Positions 50,321 through 60,128 are shown, numbered from the stretch's first letter. The stretch: DNA of 64,000 nucleotides from Rhodothermia bacterium (GCA_036985715.1 BTQE01000001.1:3577-67576), one strand, 5' to 3'. Notes: generated from the letters alone by a model not told the origin. Numbers and translations: made by a program.

Positions 50321-51316
50321 ATGAGTCAAGTCGATTGGAAAGTGAGCCCCGAAGCTGCCTCCGTTCATACGGACGCCCTCGTCTGGGACAATCATACATG
50401 CATGCCGCTTCGTCCGGACGATTCGTTCCTACCGGAGCTCCAACGGTTTCGCGATTCAGGTGTGGATGTCGCTTCGGTGAATGTTTACTTCGACAATTCC
50501 ATAGAATGGCACGACGGAGTCAAGGTGCTTGCGTTCATGCGCAGGTGGATTCTCGAGAGGCCGGAGGACTATGCACTCGCTGTTTCCGTCGAAGACATAC
50601 TTGATGCGAAAAAGGATGGAAAACTTGCGGTTCACTTTGACATCGAGGGTATGGAGGCGTTGGATGGAGAATCTAGTCTGGTCAAGACCTATTATGATCT
50701 TGGGGTCCGCTGGATGCTTATCGCCTACAATCGGAATAATCGGGCAGGCGGCGGGTGTATGGACGACGACACCGGTCTGACCGATTTTGGAAAGCAGGTA
50801 ATTGACGAGGCAGCCCGTGTTGGAATGCTAATCTGCTGCAGTCATACCGGAGAGCAAACCTGCATGGAGGTATTCGAACAATCGCAGAATCCAGTTTTGC
50901 TTTCTCATTCCAATCCAAAATCACTGTGTGATCACCCGCGAAATGTCTCGGACGCTGTGATGGTCGCTTGCTCCGAAACGGGAGGAATAGTAGGAATTAC
51001 AGGCTACGGCATCTTCTTAGCAAACGGTGATACGAGTTCCGATAACATCGTGCGGCACATTGACTACGCAGTAAGCTTGGTAGGGCCGGAGCATGTAGCG
51101 CTAGGCATGGATTACGTTTTCGATAAAGAAGAGCTGAAGATGTTTCTCAAAAATAAGGAGATCTTTCCCTTCGATTCCACTGACAGGACCATGACTTCTC
51201 CGGAGGAAATGCCTGCGCTCACGGAAGCCATGTTGAGATTTGGCTATCCGGAGGAAACCATTCGGGGAATACTTGGAGAGAATCTGCTGAGGGTCGCCCG
51301 TCAAGTCTGGAAATAG
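50321..51316 (+). CDS. Membrane (renal-type) dipeptidase, peptidase family M19
   Basis: ...VHFDIEGMEAL..., ...LLSHSNPKSLCDHPRNVSD..., ...GLGMDYVFD...: the M19 pattern. Confidence 0.7.
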   Translation: MSQVDWKVSPEAASVHTDALVWDNHTCMPLRPDDSFLPELQRFRDSGVDVASVNVYFDNSIEWHDGVKVLAFMRRWILERPEDYALAVSVEDILDAKKDGKLAVHFDIEGMEALDGESSLVKTYYDLGVRWMLIAYNRNNRAGGGCMDDDTGLTDFGKQVIDEAARVGMLICCSHTGEQTCMEVFEQSQNPVLLSHSNPKSLCDHPRNVSDAVMVACSETGGIVGITGYGIFLANGDTSSDNIVRHIDYAVSLVGPEHVALGMDYVFDKEELKMFLKNKEIFPFDSTDRTMTSPEEMPALTEAMLRFGYPEETIRGILGENLLRVARQVWK

Positions 51317-51446
51317 GCTTTATTCGCTGTTCAACACTAACTTCGGACCCTCAAATTCCCGTATCGACATTATCCATTCGTCGGATCAAATCGTAGCATC
51401 ACACCACCAGAGTGGTTCACGCCGACAAACATTGAGGGGAAATATC

Positions 51447-53627
51447 ATGCGCCTTCTACGTTGCTCTCTTCTTCTGGGCTTTGGCCTGATTCTCGTCGGA
51501 TGCGAGTCCACATATGACGATTCAACAACGGAAAGTTCAGAATCTAAAACTGCAACAATGGCATCAATAGAACCGCCCATCGCAAAGACGGACCCCGTTA
51601 AACTCGAGATGCACGGCGATGTCCGTACGGACGAGTACTTCTGGCTGAGAGAGCGTGAGAACCCGGAAGTCATTGCCTATCTCGAGGCGGAGAACGAGTA
51701 CGCCGAAGCCATGACCGCGCATACAGAAGATCTTCAGGACGCACTCTTTGAGGAGATCGTCGGGCGTATAAAGCAGGACGATTCATCGGTGCCCTATAGG
51801 GACGGCGACTACTGGTACTATACCCGTTACGAGGAGGGAGGCGACTATCCGATTTTCGCGAGGAAGCGCGGATCGCTCGATGCACGAGAAGAGATCATGA
51901 TCAACGCGAATGAATTGGCGGAAGGCCATGAATTCTATTCTATCCGTGGCACCGACGTGAGCTCAGGAGACAATATCCTGGCATATTCTCAAGACACGGT
52001 TGGCCGCCGTTTTTACACCGTTCGGTTCAAGAATCTGGATACGGGAGAATTCTTGGACGATGTAATTGAAGATGTGACGGGAAACGTCGCATGGGCGAAC
52101 GATAACAAAACCATTTTTTATACAAAGCAGGACAAAGAAACACTTCTCTGGAATCAAATATATCGTCACGAACTCGGAACGGCTCGTTCCGAGGATGTCC
52201 TTGTCTATGAAGAACCAGACGATACATTCTCTGCATTTGTGTTTAAAACCAAGTCCAAGGACTTTGTGATCATCGGCGCGGAGCAAACGCTCAGTTCTGA
52301 ATACCGGTTTTTGGATGCCACTAATCCGACCGGATCATTTAAGATTATTCAGCCCCGAGAGGAGAATCACGAGTATTCTGTCGATCATTACGGGAACTAC
52401 TTTTATATGCGAACGAATTGGGAGGCGACCAATTTTCGTTTGATGCGTACGCCGATCGTCGTCACAGATAAGACAGATTGGGAGGAAGTAATTCCGAACC
52501 GCGAAGACGTATTTCTCCAGGGATTCGAAATTTTCAAAGACCAGCTCGTGCTTTCCGAAAGAAAGGAGGGGCTCCTTCAACTTCGGGTTCGACCGTGGGA
52601 TGGAAGCGAGGAGCACTATCTCGACTTCGGCGAGCCGGCATACCGGGCGAGTATCAGTATCAATCCAGAATTCGATACACAGATTCTGCGGTATAGTTAT
52701 ACGTCGATGACGACACCCAACTCGACCTATGACTATGACATGGTCACGAGGGAGAAGAAGCTTCTCAAAGAGCAGGAAATTCTGGGTGGATTTGACAAGT
52801 CCGATTATACAACGGAGCGAGTTTTTGCGACGGCTCGAGATGGAGTGAGGGTGCCTGTATCTATTGTCTACAGGAATAGTACGACACTTAACGGAGCGTC
52901 GCCGCTACTACTATATGCGTACGGATCGTATGGTTCGAGCATGGATGCCACGTTCAGTTACTCGCGCCTCAGTTTACTTGACCGCGGAGTTGTCTATGCC
53001 ATAGCGCACATTCGAGGGGGACAGGAGATGGGGCGCCAGTGGTATGAAAATGGGAAACTGTTCAAGAAGAAAAACACGTTTACAGATTTCATTGATGTTG
53101 CCGAGTACCTGATTGATGAGGGCTATGCGGATCCGACTCGTCTCTTTGCCCGGGGAGGCAGTGCAGGTGGTCTATTGATGGGAGCCGTCACAAATATGCG
53201 TCCCGATTTGTGGCAGGGAGTCATCGCGAATGTTCCCTGGGTGGATGTCGTAACGACCATGCTCGACGACAGCATTCCTCTCACGACAAGTGAGTACGAT
53301 GAGTGGGGGGATCCAAATGAGAAGGCGTACTACGACTATATGCTTTCGTACTCGCCGTATGACAATGTTGAGGCGAAGGACTATCCGAATATGCTCGTGA
53401 CCACTGGTTTGAATGATTCGCAGGTGCAGTATTGGGAGCCGGCTAAATGGGTCGCCAAAATTCGGGCGTTGAGGACCAACGACAATCTGCTGATTCTCAA
53501 GACGAATATGGAAGCAGGTCACGGGGGGGCAACCGGTCGGCTCAAACGTCACAGGGAAACCGCCTTCGAGTATGCCTTTCTTCTGGACCTCGCAGGGATA
53601 CATTCCATACAACCCGACACAGATTAG
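51447..53627 (+). CDS. ptrB: Oligopeptidase B (S9A prolyl-oligopeptidase family) lipoprotein
   Basis: Lipobox LILVGCES. The N-terminal propeller begins ...DEYFWLRERENPEV..AYLEAEN.Y. Catalytic residues are GGSAGGLLMG (Ser), the ...DSQV... Asp region and EAGHGGATGR (His). Confidence 0.85.
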   Translation: MRLLRCSLLLGFGLILVGCESTYDDSTTESSESKTATMASIEPPIAKTDPVKLEMHGDVRTDEYFWLRERENPEVIAYLEAENEYAEAMTAHTEDLQDALFEEIVGRIKQDDSSVPYRDGDYWYYTRYEEGGDYPIFARKRGSLDAREEIMINANELAEGHEFYSIRGTDVSSGDNILAYSQDTVGRRFYTVRFKNLDTGEFLDDVIEDVTGNVAWANDNKTIFYTKQDKETLLWNQIYRHELGTARSEDVLVYEEPDDTFSAFVFKTKSKDFVIIGAEQTLSSEYRFLDATNPTGSFKIIQPREENHEYSVDHYGNYFYMRTNWEATNFRLMRTPIVVTDKTDWEEVIPNREDVFLQGFEIFKDQLVLSERKEGLLQLRVRPWDGSEEHYLDFGEPAYRASISINPEFDTQILRYSYTSMTTPNSTYDYDMVTREKKLLKEQEILGGFDKSDYTTERVFATARDGVRVPVSIVYRNSTTLNGASPLLLYAYGSYGSSMDATFSYSRLSLLDRGVVYAIAHIRGGQEMGRQWYENGKLFKKKNTFTDFIDVAEYLIDEGYADPTRLFARGGSAGGLLMGAVTNMRPDLWQGVIANVPWVDVVTTMLDDSIPLTTSEYDEWGDPNEKAYYDYMLSYSPYDNVEAKDYPNMLVTTGLNDSQVQYWEPAKWVAKIRALRTNDNLLILKTNMEAGHGGATGRLKRHRETAFEYAFLLDLAGIHSIQPDTD

Positions 53628-53810
53628 GCGTCCCTGGCGAGTCCGTTCATGTCGTAGGGGCGGGTTTATTCGCTGAAAGAGAGTGCGAGGGAATGTCCTA
53701 CCTCCTGATTGCAGTTTGCCCTACAGGCTGCTACGACTCTCGCCTGTACCTCTGCTTCCCGTTCACCCGTACATCCGAGGGAGTCAATCCTAAATTTGGA
53801 GGTGCAAGCG

Positions 53811-54737
53811 ATGTTCAGTATAAAGAAAATAGTAGCCGCGGTCGATCGATCACCTCACGCAGATCAAGTTGTGACGTATGCCATCGACGTGGCCGCTAGA
53901 ACCGGGGCCGATCTTGACCTGCTTCGTGTGGAAGTGATTCATGAAGAACGCCTTACTCAAAAGGAGGTATTTGAATGGAAGAACGACGTCCATAAGCTAC
54001 TCCAAGAAAGAGACGCTACGTGGATTACCGTTCAGTATATAACGGAGCGAGCAATAACTCCGGCTCCAGGAATCGTCAAGTATGCAGCTGATGTGGAAGC
54101 AGGTATGATTGTCATTGGCACGCATGGTCGGAGAGGCTTCCGCGCTTTCATGCTTGGAAGTGTCGCCCAGGAGGTCATTCGAACAGCTCCTTGTCCGGTT
54201 TTCACCGTCAGTGCGATGGAAGAGCGGCATTTGGAGATCGGGAGGAGCAACAGGATCCTGGTTCCGCTCGACTTTTCGAAATATTCGATAGCTGCACTGA
54301 AGTACGCGCGCGAACTGGCCGACACAATCGGAGCAACGGTCGAAATCGTACACGTCGTTGAAGACACGTTCCATCCGGCTTTCTACGGACCGTTCTATCA
54401 ATCCATTTACGACGTAATTCCGGAGATCGAAGACGTATCCCGGCGGAATATCATCAAGCTTCTCGACCAAACAGGAGGCTATGCGATACAGACGAAGATC
54501 GACGTGTTCAAAGGCCACCCGGCTCGCGATATTCCCAAATTCGCCCAGGAGTCAGGCGTTGAGCTCATCGTAATGGCCACGCATGGACTCACCGGATTGG
54601 ATCATCTATTTATGGGTAGTGTGGCCGAGCGAACTGCGCAGCAGGCTCGTTGCCCTGTATTGACGATCCGAGTTGATCAGCTCCCGTCCGTCGAAGAAGG
54701 GATCGAATATGATTTTGAGGATCTTGCGGTGATCTAA
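53811..54737 (+). CDS. Tandem universal stress protein (2 x USP domain)
   Basis: Two repeats each end in ...GTHGRRG...LGSVAQEVIRTAPCPVFTV and ...ATHGLTG...MGSVAERTAQQARCPVLTI. ATG 53811 is preceded by GGAGG. The track start 53709 is unlikely. Confidence 0.85.
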   Translation: MFSIKKIVAAVDRSPHADQVVTYAIDVAARTGADLDLLRVEVIHEERLTQKEVFEWKNDVHKLLQERDATWITVQYITERAITPAPGIVKYAADVEAGMIVIGTHGRRGFRAFMLGSVAQEVIRTAPCPVFTVSAMEERHLEIGRSNRILVPLDFSKYSIAALKYARELADTIGATVEIVHVVEDTFHPAFYGPFYQSIYDVIPEIEDVSRRNIIKLLDQTGGYAIQTKIDVFKGHPARDIPKFAQESGVELIVMATHGLTGLDHLFMGSVAERTAQQARCPVLTIRVDQLPSVEEGIEYDFEDLAVI

Positions 54738-54767
54738 TCGACTGAAGCAATGAAAGCCCTGAGAATT

Positions 54768-54787
54768 ATCTCTCAGGACTTTCAAAA
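54768..54787. terminator. Stem-loop between convergent genes (possible bidirectional terminator)
   Basis: cctgaga-attatc-tctcagg is a perfect 7-bp stem lying between the USP stop (54737) and the stop of the minus-strand gene (54816). Confidence 0.35.
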
Positions 54788-54815
54788 ATGGGAGTCTGTA
54801 AGATTTGTGTCTCGG

Positions 54816-55928
54816 CTAGTTTGACTGGAGTCCAACGTAATCAGTGGCTTCGGCAGATGCCTGGCGGATATTTAGCAACTGGACTTCCGCGGGTCCGCTA
54901 ACTTGGATCGAATTCAGTACTGGAATTCGGTCAAGCGCCATTGAACTGTAGTATAGCGCTGCATTTCCCCGGATCTTAAAGCTCATTTCTGCGCCTGGTC
55001 CTCCTTGGTCTGTAATTGACTCCAGGATTAAGGCACCATAAATCTTGGGATTTCCCCTGAGCTCGTGTAATCCTCCATTGGTGGAGGCATATACGAGTCC
55101 TTCCCAACGCGGCGTTCCTGTGACGGTAGCAAACTGTCCCTTTACTCGCAGTATACCGTAGCCGGTTACGTTTCCTTTGAATTCAACGTCGCCATTTACG
55201 GTCACAATTACCGGCGCTTCCGGCGAGCCGAAGGTGTCGTTTCCGGTGAATCGCTGATTACCGTTGAATACAGGACAGCGGGCCGGGTCGGTTACGCACA
55301 ACGGGTGGGTGGCGATATCATTTTCGAGTTGCACGAGTTTGACCGAGAAACCATCGCTAAAACTGTTTCCACCACCTTTCCCGGTTACCTGGTCGGCATC
55401 CAATCCACCCTGCATTGCGATCATGGCACCCGTATCCATGGCATTGATCCCGTACGTGTCAGGTGCGTTTCCCGAACCGACAGCATCTCCAGGGTTGGTA
55501 TCATAGCCGGTAATCTCGAATGAATTCCCGTTCCCGAGACTTGTCGAAACTGGACCACTAATATTCAGCGCCGAAAGAGGAGAGGATGCCTCCCGGACCA
55601 TATCGGCGACAATAGTATAGTCAGCACGGCCTACGGATCCCGTAGCCAGCACCGTAACGGTGTCGCCTGACCCGCCAATCGCTGAGATCGAGAAAGTGCC
55701 GTCGCGGTACTGATTGCTTAGAAGATCTAAGCGGAAATTGTCGAAGTCGTTTTCCGTATCGGTTACAACCACGTTAAATCCGGACATGGCACGCTCACGC
55801 GCGAGCACCTTTTCCTGGTAAAATGCCTGTTCGTCTTCTCTTTCGAGGTAATTCCTGCTCTGCGTCGAAGAATTAAGGGTCCAGCCATAAATGCTCACGA
55901 GGACCAGTAGGAGTGCAGTTTTACCCAT
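54816..55928 (-). CDS. PilX-like N-terminally anchored protein with beta-helical C-terminal region (putative pilus/pseudopilus-associated)
   Basis: MGKTALLLVLVSIYGW anchor, then ...QEKVLARERAMSGFNVVV, which resembles the PilX_N pattern (A..aAeaG). The C-terminal ...GYGILRVKGQF...WEGLVYA...GNPKIYGALILES resembles the tail of PilX-family proteins. ATG 55928 is preferred over 56021. Confidence 0.4.
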   Translation of the reverse strand: MGKTALLLVLVSIYGWTLNSSTQSRNYLEREDEQAFYQEKVLARERAMSGFNVVVTDTENDFDNFRLDLLSNQYRDGTFSISAIGGSGDTVTVLATGSVGRADYTIVADMVREASSPLSALNISGPVSTSLGNGNSFEITGYDTNPGDAVGSGNAPDTYGINAMDTGAMIAMQGGLDADQVTGKGGGNSFSDGFSVKLVQLENDIATHPLCVTDPARCPVFNGNQRFTGNDTFGSPEAPVIVTVNGDVEFKGNVTGYGILRVKGQFATVTGTPRWEGLVYASTNGGLHELRGNPKIYGALILESITDQGGPGAEMSFKIRGNAALYYSSMALDRIPVLNSIQVSGPAEVQLLNIRQASAEATDYVGLQSN

Positions 55929-56074
55929 GGTATCGTCTCTCTGGTAGTAGTGGTCTGTGTGGTAGTGGTAATATCTCCGGGGAAGGAGACGCGCGCCGTA
56001 CGTTTGTCGCAGATACAGCACGTATGGTTTGTATCGGCGGGCTTTCTTGAATTCTTAAGATGAATTCTCACTGA

Positions 56075-56638
56075 CTAGAGATTCTCCGGACGAAGCGTCA
56101 ATCCCCAGACTGAATAACCGATATGCATGTCGTCTGGATCGCCGACCGGATAGGTGTCGCGGATTCGTGCCCGAACGAGAACGGCACTGGCGGGCGCAAC
56201 GACATTTCCCGATGCGTCCAGAGGTTCTATAATGAAATCTCGAAGCGTTGGGGCGCTTCCACCTCGGTAGACATCGTTTTCGTATCGATCCATTCGGTAG
56301 CGCTGCACGTCCGTACCGCTCACCTGGATGATGTCGGTTTCCACGAGTCGAAACTCAACTTTCAGGTCGACGATTCCGTTATTTCGCCAGAAGATGAAAC
56401 TGGTTGTTTGACCGGCGGGATTCTTGATGGCCGCATCAATTTTGTTTGTCGTTCCCTGCCCAGTGAGCTTGAGCTCCTGCTCAAGCGTTGCGCCGAGCTC
56501 AAGCGTCTGCTTCTTCGACATATAGGAAACCGTCGATTCGACCGTGCTCTGAGTTGAACGGAGCTGAGTAGCGGCCACGGCCACTGCTACGACAGAGAAG
56601 ATGAGAATCGCCGATATGTTGTCAAGAATGAACTGCAC
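56075..56638 (-). CDS. Hypothetical N-terminally anchored protein (PilW/GspJ-like size and architecture)
   Basis: MQFILDNISAILIFSVVAVAVAATQL is a hydrophobic N-terminal helix, followed by a beta-rich body. There is no canonical G|FTL.E prepilin motif. Confidence 0.35.
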   Translation of the reverse strand: MQFILDNISAILIFSVVAVAVAATQLRSTQSTVESTVSYMSKKQTLELGATLEQELKLTGQGTTNKIDAAIKNPAGQTTSFIFWRNNGIVDLKVEFRLVETDIIQVSGTDVQRYRMDRYENDVYRGGSAPTLRDFIIEPLDASGNVVAPASAVLVRARIRDTYPVGDPDDMHIGYSVWGLTLRPENL

Positions 56639-56641
56639 GGG

Positions 56642-57031
56642 CTATTCAGAAATAAGGCGCGCATGGGTGACAATGGGAGACGTATATCTATTGTTTTCTG
56701 CGCTGACGGCCACTTCCTTGACCGTGGTCGGCGTGACAGAAGGATAGCCCGACCCGTCGACGAATTGTACGGAGACCGAAACATCGAATGATTCCTGAAA
56801 AGTCGGGAGGCTGAAATTCCGGGTGATGACGCTATCGTCCCACACCTCCAAATTGTTCCAGATTGTACTTGCGGCAATGACTTCCAACTGTTCAATGGAT
56901 ACCGCGTTGGCCATGATTTCGTATTCGGCGTCTACGATAGACTCATAAGATCGTATCTCTGATCTCTGTTGATTCAGAGCGACAAGCACCGCTATCGACA
57001 TTGCGAGAAACGCAAGCATGGACTGTGGCAT
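56642..57031 (-). CDS. Hypothetical N-terminally anchored small protein (minor-pilin-like architecture)
   Basis: MPQSMLAFLAMSIAVLVALNQQR helix plus an approx 100-aa body. An in-frame stop 17 codons upstream rules out a longer N-terminus. It is separated by 3 nt from the next gene. Confidence 0.35.
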   Translation of the reverse strand: MPQSMLAFLAMSIAVLVALNQQRSEIRSYESIVDAEYEIMANAVSIEQLEVIAASTIWNNLEVWDDSVITRNFSLPTFQESFDVSVSVQFVDGSGYPSVTPTTVKEVAVSAENNRYTSPIVTHARLISE

Positions 57032-57155
57032 AGTCTTCGGTGGTAAAAGAAATGGGAGGGTCGCGCAGAATAGGCACGGCTAGCATGAGTGGTATCGGCC
57101 TAAAACCGGCCATTTTAAAACATTGTGTTCGATTACCTATATCTACGACGCTCTA

Positions 57156-57181
57156 GTACTTAGTGACATTAAAGAGCGTTA
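57156..57181. repeat. IS630 left terminal inverted repeat
   Basis: GTACTTAGTGACATTAAAGAGCGTTA against the reverse complement of the right end, GTACTTAATGACACAAGTCAGCGTAA: 12 of the first 13 and 19 of 26 positions match. Confidence 0.75.
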
Positions 57182-57231
57182 GCCTTATCTTCATCTCCCA
57201 TAGTACTTTCCAATGATTTTGGAGGCTCGTC

Positions 57232-58296
57232 ATGGGACAATCGGATATTGTGCTTTCGCGCGAAGAACGACAGACGCTAGAGGCTTGGGTAAGGGCAACG
57301 ACAACAGAACAACGAATAGTCGTGCGTGCCCGTATCATATTGGATTCAGCCGATGGGCATAAAGGCGCTGAAATTGCGCGCCGTCTCGCAGTTCGACCAG
57401 CTACGGTGAGTCTGTGGCGCCAACGCTTTCTCGCCGATCGCTTGAAAGGTCTTCAGGATCGAGCTCGACCGGGGCGGCGCGTGATCTACGGCCTCGCGGC
57501 GGAGCGGCGCCTGCTCGATAAGCTCGACGAAGGGCCTCCGAAGGGCTACGCGTCGTGGAATGGGCGCCTGTTGGCGCGCGCGCTGGATTTTTCACCGCGC
57601 TACGTGTGGCGCGTACTCGAGAAGTACGGCGTACAGCTGCAGCGCAGGCGCTCCTGGTGCGAGAGCACCGATCCCGAGTTTGCCCGGAAAGCGGCCGACG
57701 TCATCGGATTGTATCTGGCGCCGCCCGAAAATGCGATCGTCTTGTGCGTCGACGAGAAACCGCATATCCAGGCGCTCGAAAGGGCCCAGGGCTGGCTCCG
57801 CCTGCCCAACGGACGAGCGCTCACCGGGCACAGTCACCAGTACAAACGGCATGGGACAACGACGCTCTTCGCTGCGCTCGATGTGGTTAGCGGGCGCATC
57901 AAGGCCGGGCACTACAAGCGGAGGCGGCGCCGGGAGTTTCTCGACTTCATGAACGATCTCATCGCCACCTACCCCGAAGACGTCGAGATTCACGTCATCC
58001 TGGACAACCTCAATACCCATAAGCCGAAACACGACCGCTGGCTAACTCGCCACAAGAATGTCCATTTGCACTTCACGCCGACCTACGCCTCCTGGCTGAA
58101 CCAGGTCGAAATCTGGTTCAGCATCCTTACGAGGGCGAGCCTTCGTGGAGCCAGTTTCACGCATCCATTCCAGATTCGACGAGCCATTGACGACTTCGTC
58201 GAGGTCTACAACGAGGATGCTGCTCCCTTCGAATGGAAAAAGGAATCGGTGAACCAGATACTGCTTAAGAAACGTTACGCTGACTTGTGTCATTAA
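57232..58296 (+). CDS. IS630-family DDE transposase
   Basis: N-terminal HTH region (ARILDSADGHKGAEIARRLAVRPATVSLWRQRF). DDE_3 core: CVDEKPHIQALER (D), VILDNLNTHK (D), FTPTYASWLNQVEIWFSIL (E). Confidence 0.9.
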   Translation: MGQSDIVLSREERQTLEAWVRATTTEQRIVVRARIILDSADGHKGAEIARRLAVRPATVSLWRQRFLADRLKGLQDRARPGRRVIYGLAAERRLLDKLDEGPPKGYASWNGRLLARALDFSPRYVWRVLEKYGVQLQRRRSWCESTDPEFARKAADVIGLYLAPPENAIVLCVDEKPHIQALERAQGWLRLPNGRALTGHSHQYKRHGTTTLFAALDVVSGRIKAGHYKRRRRREFLDFMNDLIATYPEDVEIHVILDNLNTHKPKHDRWLTRHKNVHLHFTPTYASWLNQVEIWFSILTRASLRGASFTHPFQIRRAIDDFVEVYNEDAAPFEWKKESVNQILLKKRYADLCH

Positions 58297-58300
58297 GTAC
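58275..58300. repeat. IS630 right terminal inverted repeat
   Basis: See the left IR. The transposase stop codon (TAA 58294-96) lies inside this repeat. Confidence 0.75.
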
Positions 58301-58314
58301 TAGGTCGTCACCAA

Positions 58315-59442
58315 TCAAAGCCCGCGCATCGTAAACCGGCTCGCGAAGTAGTTTTTCACTGGTGTATTCAGTGCCATTTTTACGCCGACGTATTTCAGCT
58401 TTTGCAAACTGGAGCGCCGTCCCATCCACATGTTGAATTCCGACCGTTTTGTCGCACGAGTTGCGGCCTGACGTCGTCGCAAATCGTATCTGTGCATTAG
58501 TTTCTCTCGCTCGTGCGGGGCAGCCAGCGCGTCGTGAATCACGTGCGCCGCGTCCCATGCGTCCAGCCACCCCAGGTTCATTCCCTGTCCTCCGATCGGA
58601 CTCAGGACGTGGGCGGCATCTCCGGCAAGAAGAATTCGGCAGGACGCCATTTTATCAGCCAGATGATGGCTCGTGGAAAAGGCGCTGATCATCGAGCAAC
58701 AATCCGTTGGTACAACTTGTCCCGTACGCTCCAGCACCAACTTGCTGAGTTGAAAGGGCTGGGGGGCACTGATTAGATTCTCTGTCCGAGCTACCCAGCG
58801 ACGGATGCCGTCTGGAAGAGGGAATGATTCAACGACGCCACTGTCGGTCAGGTAGACAACCGCACGCCTTCCAAAAGTGGTCGCATCCTCGAAATCGCCC
58901 ATGACAAAAACGTCATCGTACTGGCCACCGGGAAACCCGATTCCCTGGCTTTCACGGACGAAACTGTCTTGGCCGTCACAACCCGTCACGAAACGCGAAC
59001 GAATTTCGCCGACGTCAGTCGATATGGTCACGCCGCGCTCGTCTTCCTGAACATTTTGTACTTCGCTTCCCATAATCAATGCTGATGAATCCGATACGGA
59101 AAGTTGCTTCGTTAGAACCTCTTCCGTGATGAACTGTGGTATGGCAAGAACGAACCGAAAAGGAGGGGGACACGATTCAAATGAAAGCCGGCCAATCTCG
59201 CGCGTGTTAGCAAATGCGATGCCTTCGGTCACCACCACACTACTATCGATCAACTCGTCCACCACGCCCACGTCGGCCAGGCGCTCAAGGGCCGGTGCGT
59301 GGATGCCAATGGATCGCGAGTGGGTCGTGGGTTCGGTTCGCTTTTCTATCACTCGACACGAGATTCCCCGTTGGACAAGGAGACATCCGAGAAACAAGCC
59401 AACCGGACCACCTCCTACAACGACCACGTCGACTGTTGTCAT
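58315..59442 (-). CDS. FAD-dependent aromatic-ring monooxygenase (UbiH/PheA family)
   Basis: VVVVGGGPVGLFLGCLL (GxGxxG), ...GCDGQDS..., LLAGDAAHVLSPIGGQGMNLGWLDA. ATG 59442 overlaps the upstream stop as ATGA. The track start is 59493. Confidence 0.8.
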   Translation of the reverse strand: MTTVDVVVVGGGPVGLFLGCLLVQRGISCRVIEKRTEPTTHSRSIGIHAPALERLADVGVVDELIDSSVVVTEGIAFANTREIGRLSFESCPPPFRFVLAIPQFITEEVLTKQLSVSDSSALIMGSEVQNVQEDERGVTISTDVGEIRSRFVTGCDGQDSFVRESQGIGFPGGQYDDVFVMGDFEDATTFGRRAVVYLTDSGVVESFPLPDGIRRWVARTENLISAPQPFQLSKLVLERTGQVVPTDCCSMISAFSTSHHLADKMASCRILLAGDAAHVLSPIGGQGMNLGWLDAWDAAHVIHDALAAPHEREKLMHRYDLRRRQAATRATKRSEFNMWMGRRSSLQKLKYVGVKMALNTPVKNYFASRFTMRGL

Positions 59443-60128
59443 GGCTCCCAGATGAGTAGATTCCTGAAAAATGCCATCGGGATCACCCGCCATTCAGGCG
59501 GGATCAATTGCCGAAGCTCAGAGGGGAGGTACGATCTTCGAATCGAGGTCAATCCGTCTTCGGTGATAAACGATTTCCTGAATACGAGTCTTGTCGTAGC
59601 GAACCCGGCATACGCAAGGTCGTCTCGGCGGATATCGTTATGAATCGAAAGTTTCGATGCGAGTATCGTAGAATCTTCGAGCAACCCTCTAAGCTCCTCT
59701 TCAGACAAGTGGTGAATGAGATGATTCGAAATGACCACGTCGAAGTTGCGTCCTTCCGCAACGAGATCACTTGATGTTGCTCGTCGATACGAGATGTTTT
59801 CGGGAAGCTCTTGAGTTCGCAAATACCTGATTGCTCGCTCGTTGGGCTCAATAGCCGTGATATCCAGTTGCAATCCATCGGCTCGCGCCCATTTAGCGAT
59901 CATCGAAACAAGGTCGCCGCCGCCGCAGCCAATGTCCAGAAGGGTTGAAGGGCCGCCAAGCAGCCTGGGACGCAACCACTTCTTATAGACCCGGCGCCAA
60001 CCAGCAATAACTCGATTCACGTACGCGAACTGCTTGTACGTGCGAAAGAGCTTCTCTTCGTCACAATCTGGATCCTCCATCATTTCCAGGAGGAATGGGT
60101 CACGGTGTCGGAGAAAGAGCGTACCCAT
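59439..60128 (-). CDS. Class I SAM-dependent methyltransferase
   Basis: LLDIGCGGGDL (motif I), ...FDVVISNHLIHHL... The ATG immediately follows the PKS stop codon (TAA-ATG). Confidence 0.8.
   Translation of the reverse strand: MGTLFLRHRDPFLLEMMEDPDCDEEKLFRTYKQFAYVNRVIAGWRRVYKKWLRPRLLGGPSTLLDIGCGGGDLVSMIAKWARADGLQLDITAIEPNERAIRYLRTQELPENISYRRATSSDLVAEGRNFDVVISNHLIHHLSEEELRGLLEDSTILASKLSIHNDIRRDDLAYAGFATTRLVFRKSFITEDGLTSIRRSYLPSELRQLIPPEWRVIPMAFFRNLLIWEP

Larger units (their letters stand above)
57156..58300 (+). mobile_element. IS630-family insertion sequence (about 1145 bp), apparently intact
   Basis: A single transposase ORF, imperfect terminal inverted repeats, flanking TA/TA (57154-55 and 58301-02), and visibly higher GC than the surrounding DNA. 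Confidence 0.85.

Noticed and set aside
57401-58293. Cluster of overlapping ORFs on both strands within the IS630 element (for example 57560-57952 and 57592-58032)
   Set aside because: They are a consequence of the element's high GC content, which makes stop codons rare. Only the 354-aa frame has HTH plus DDE transposase motifs.
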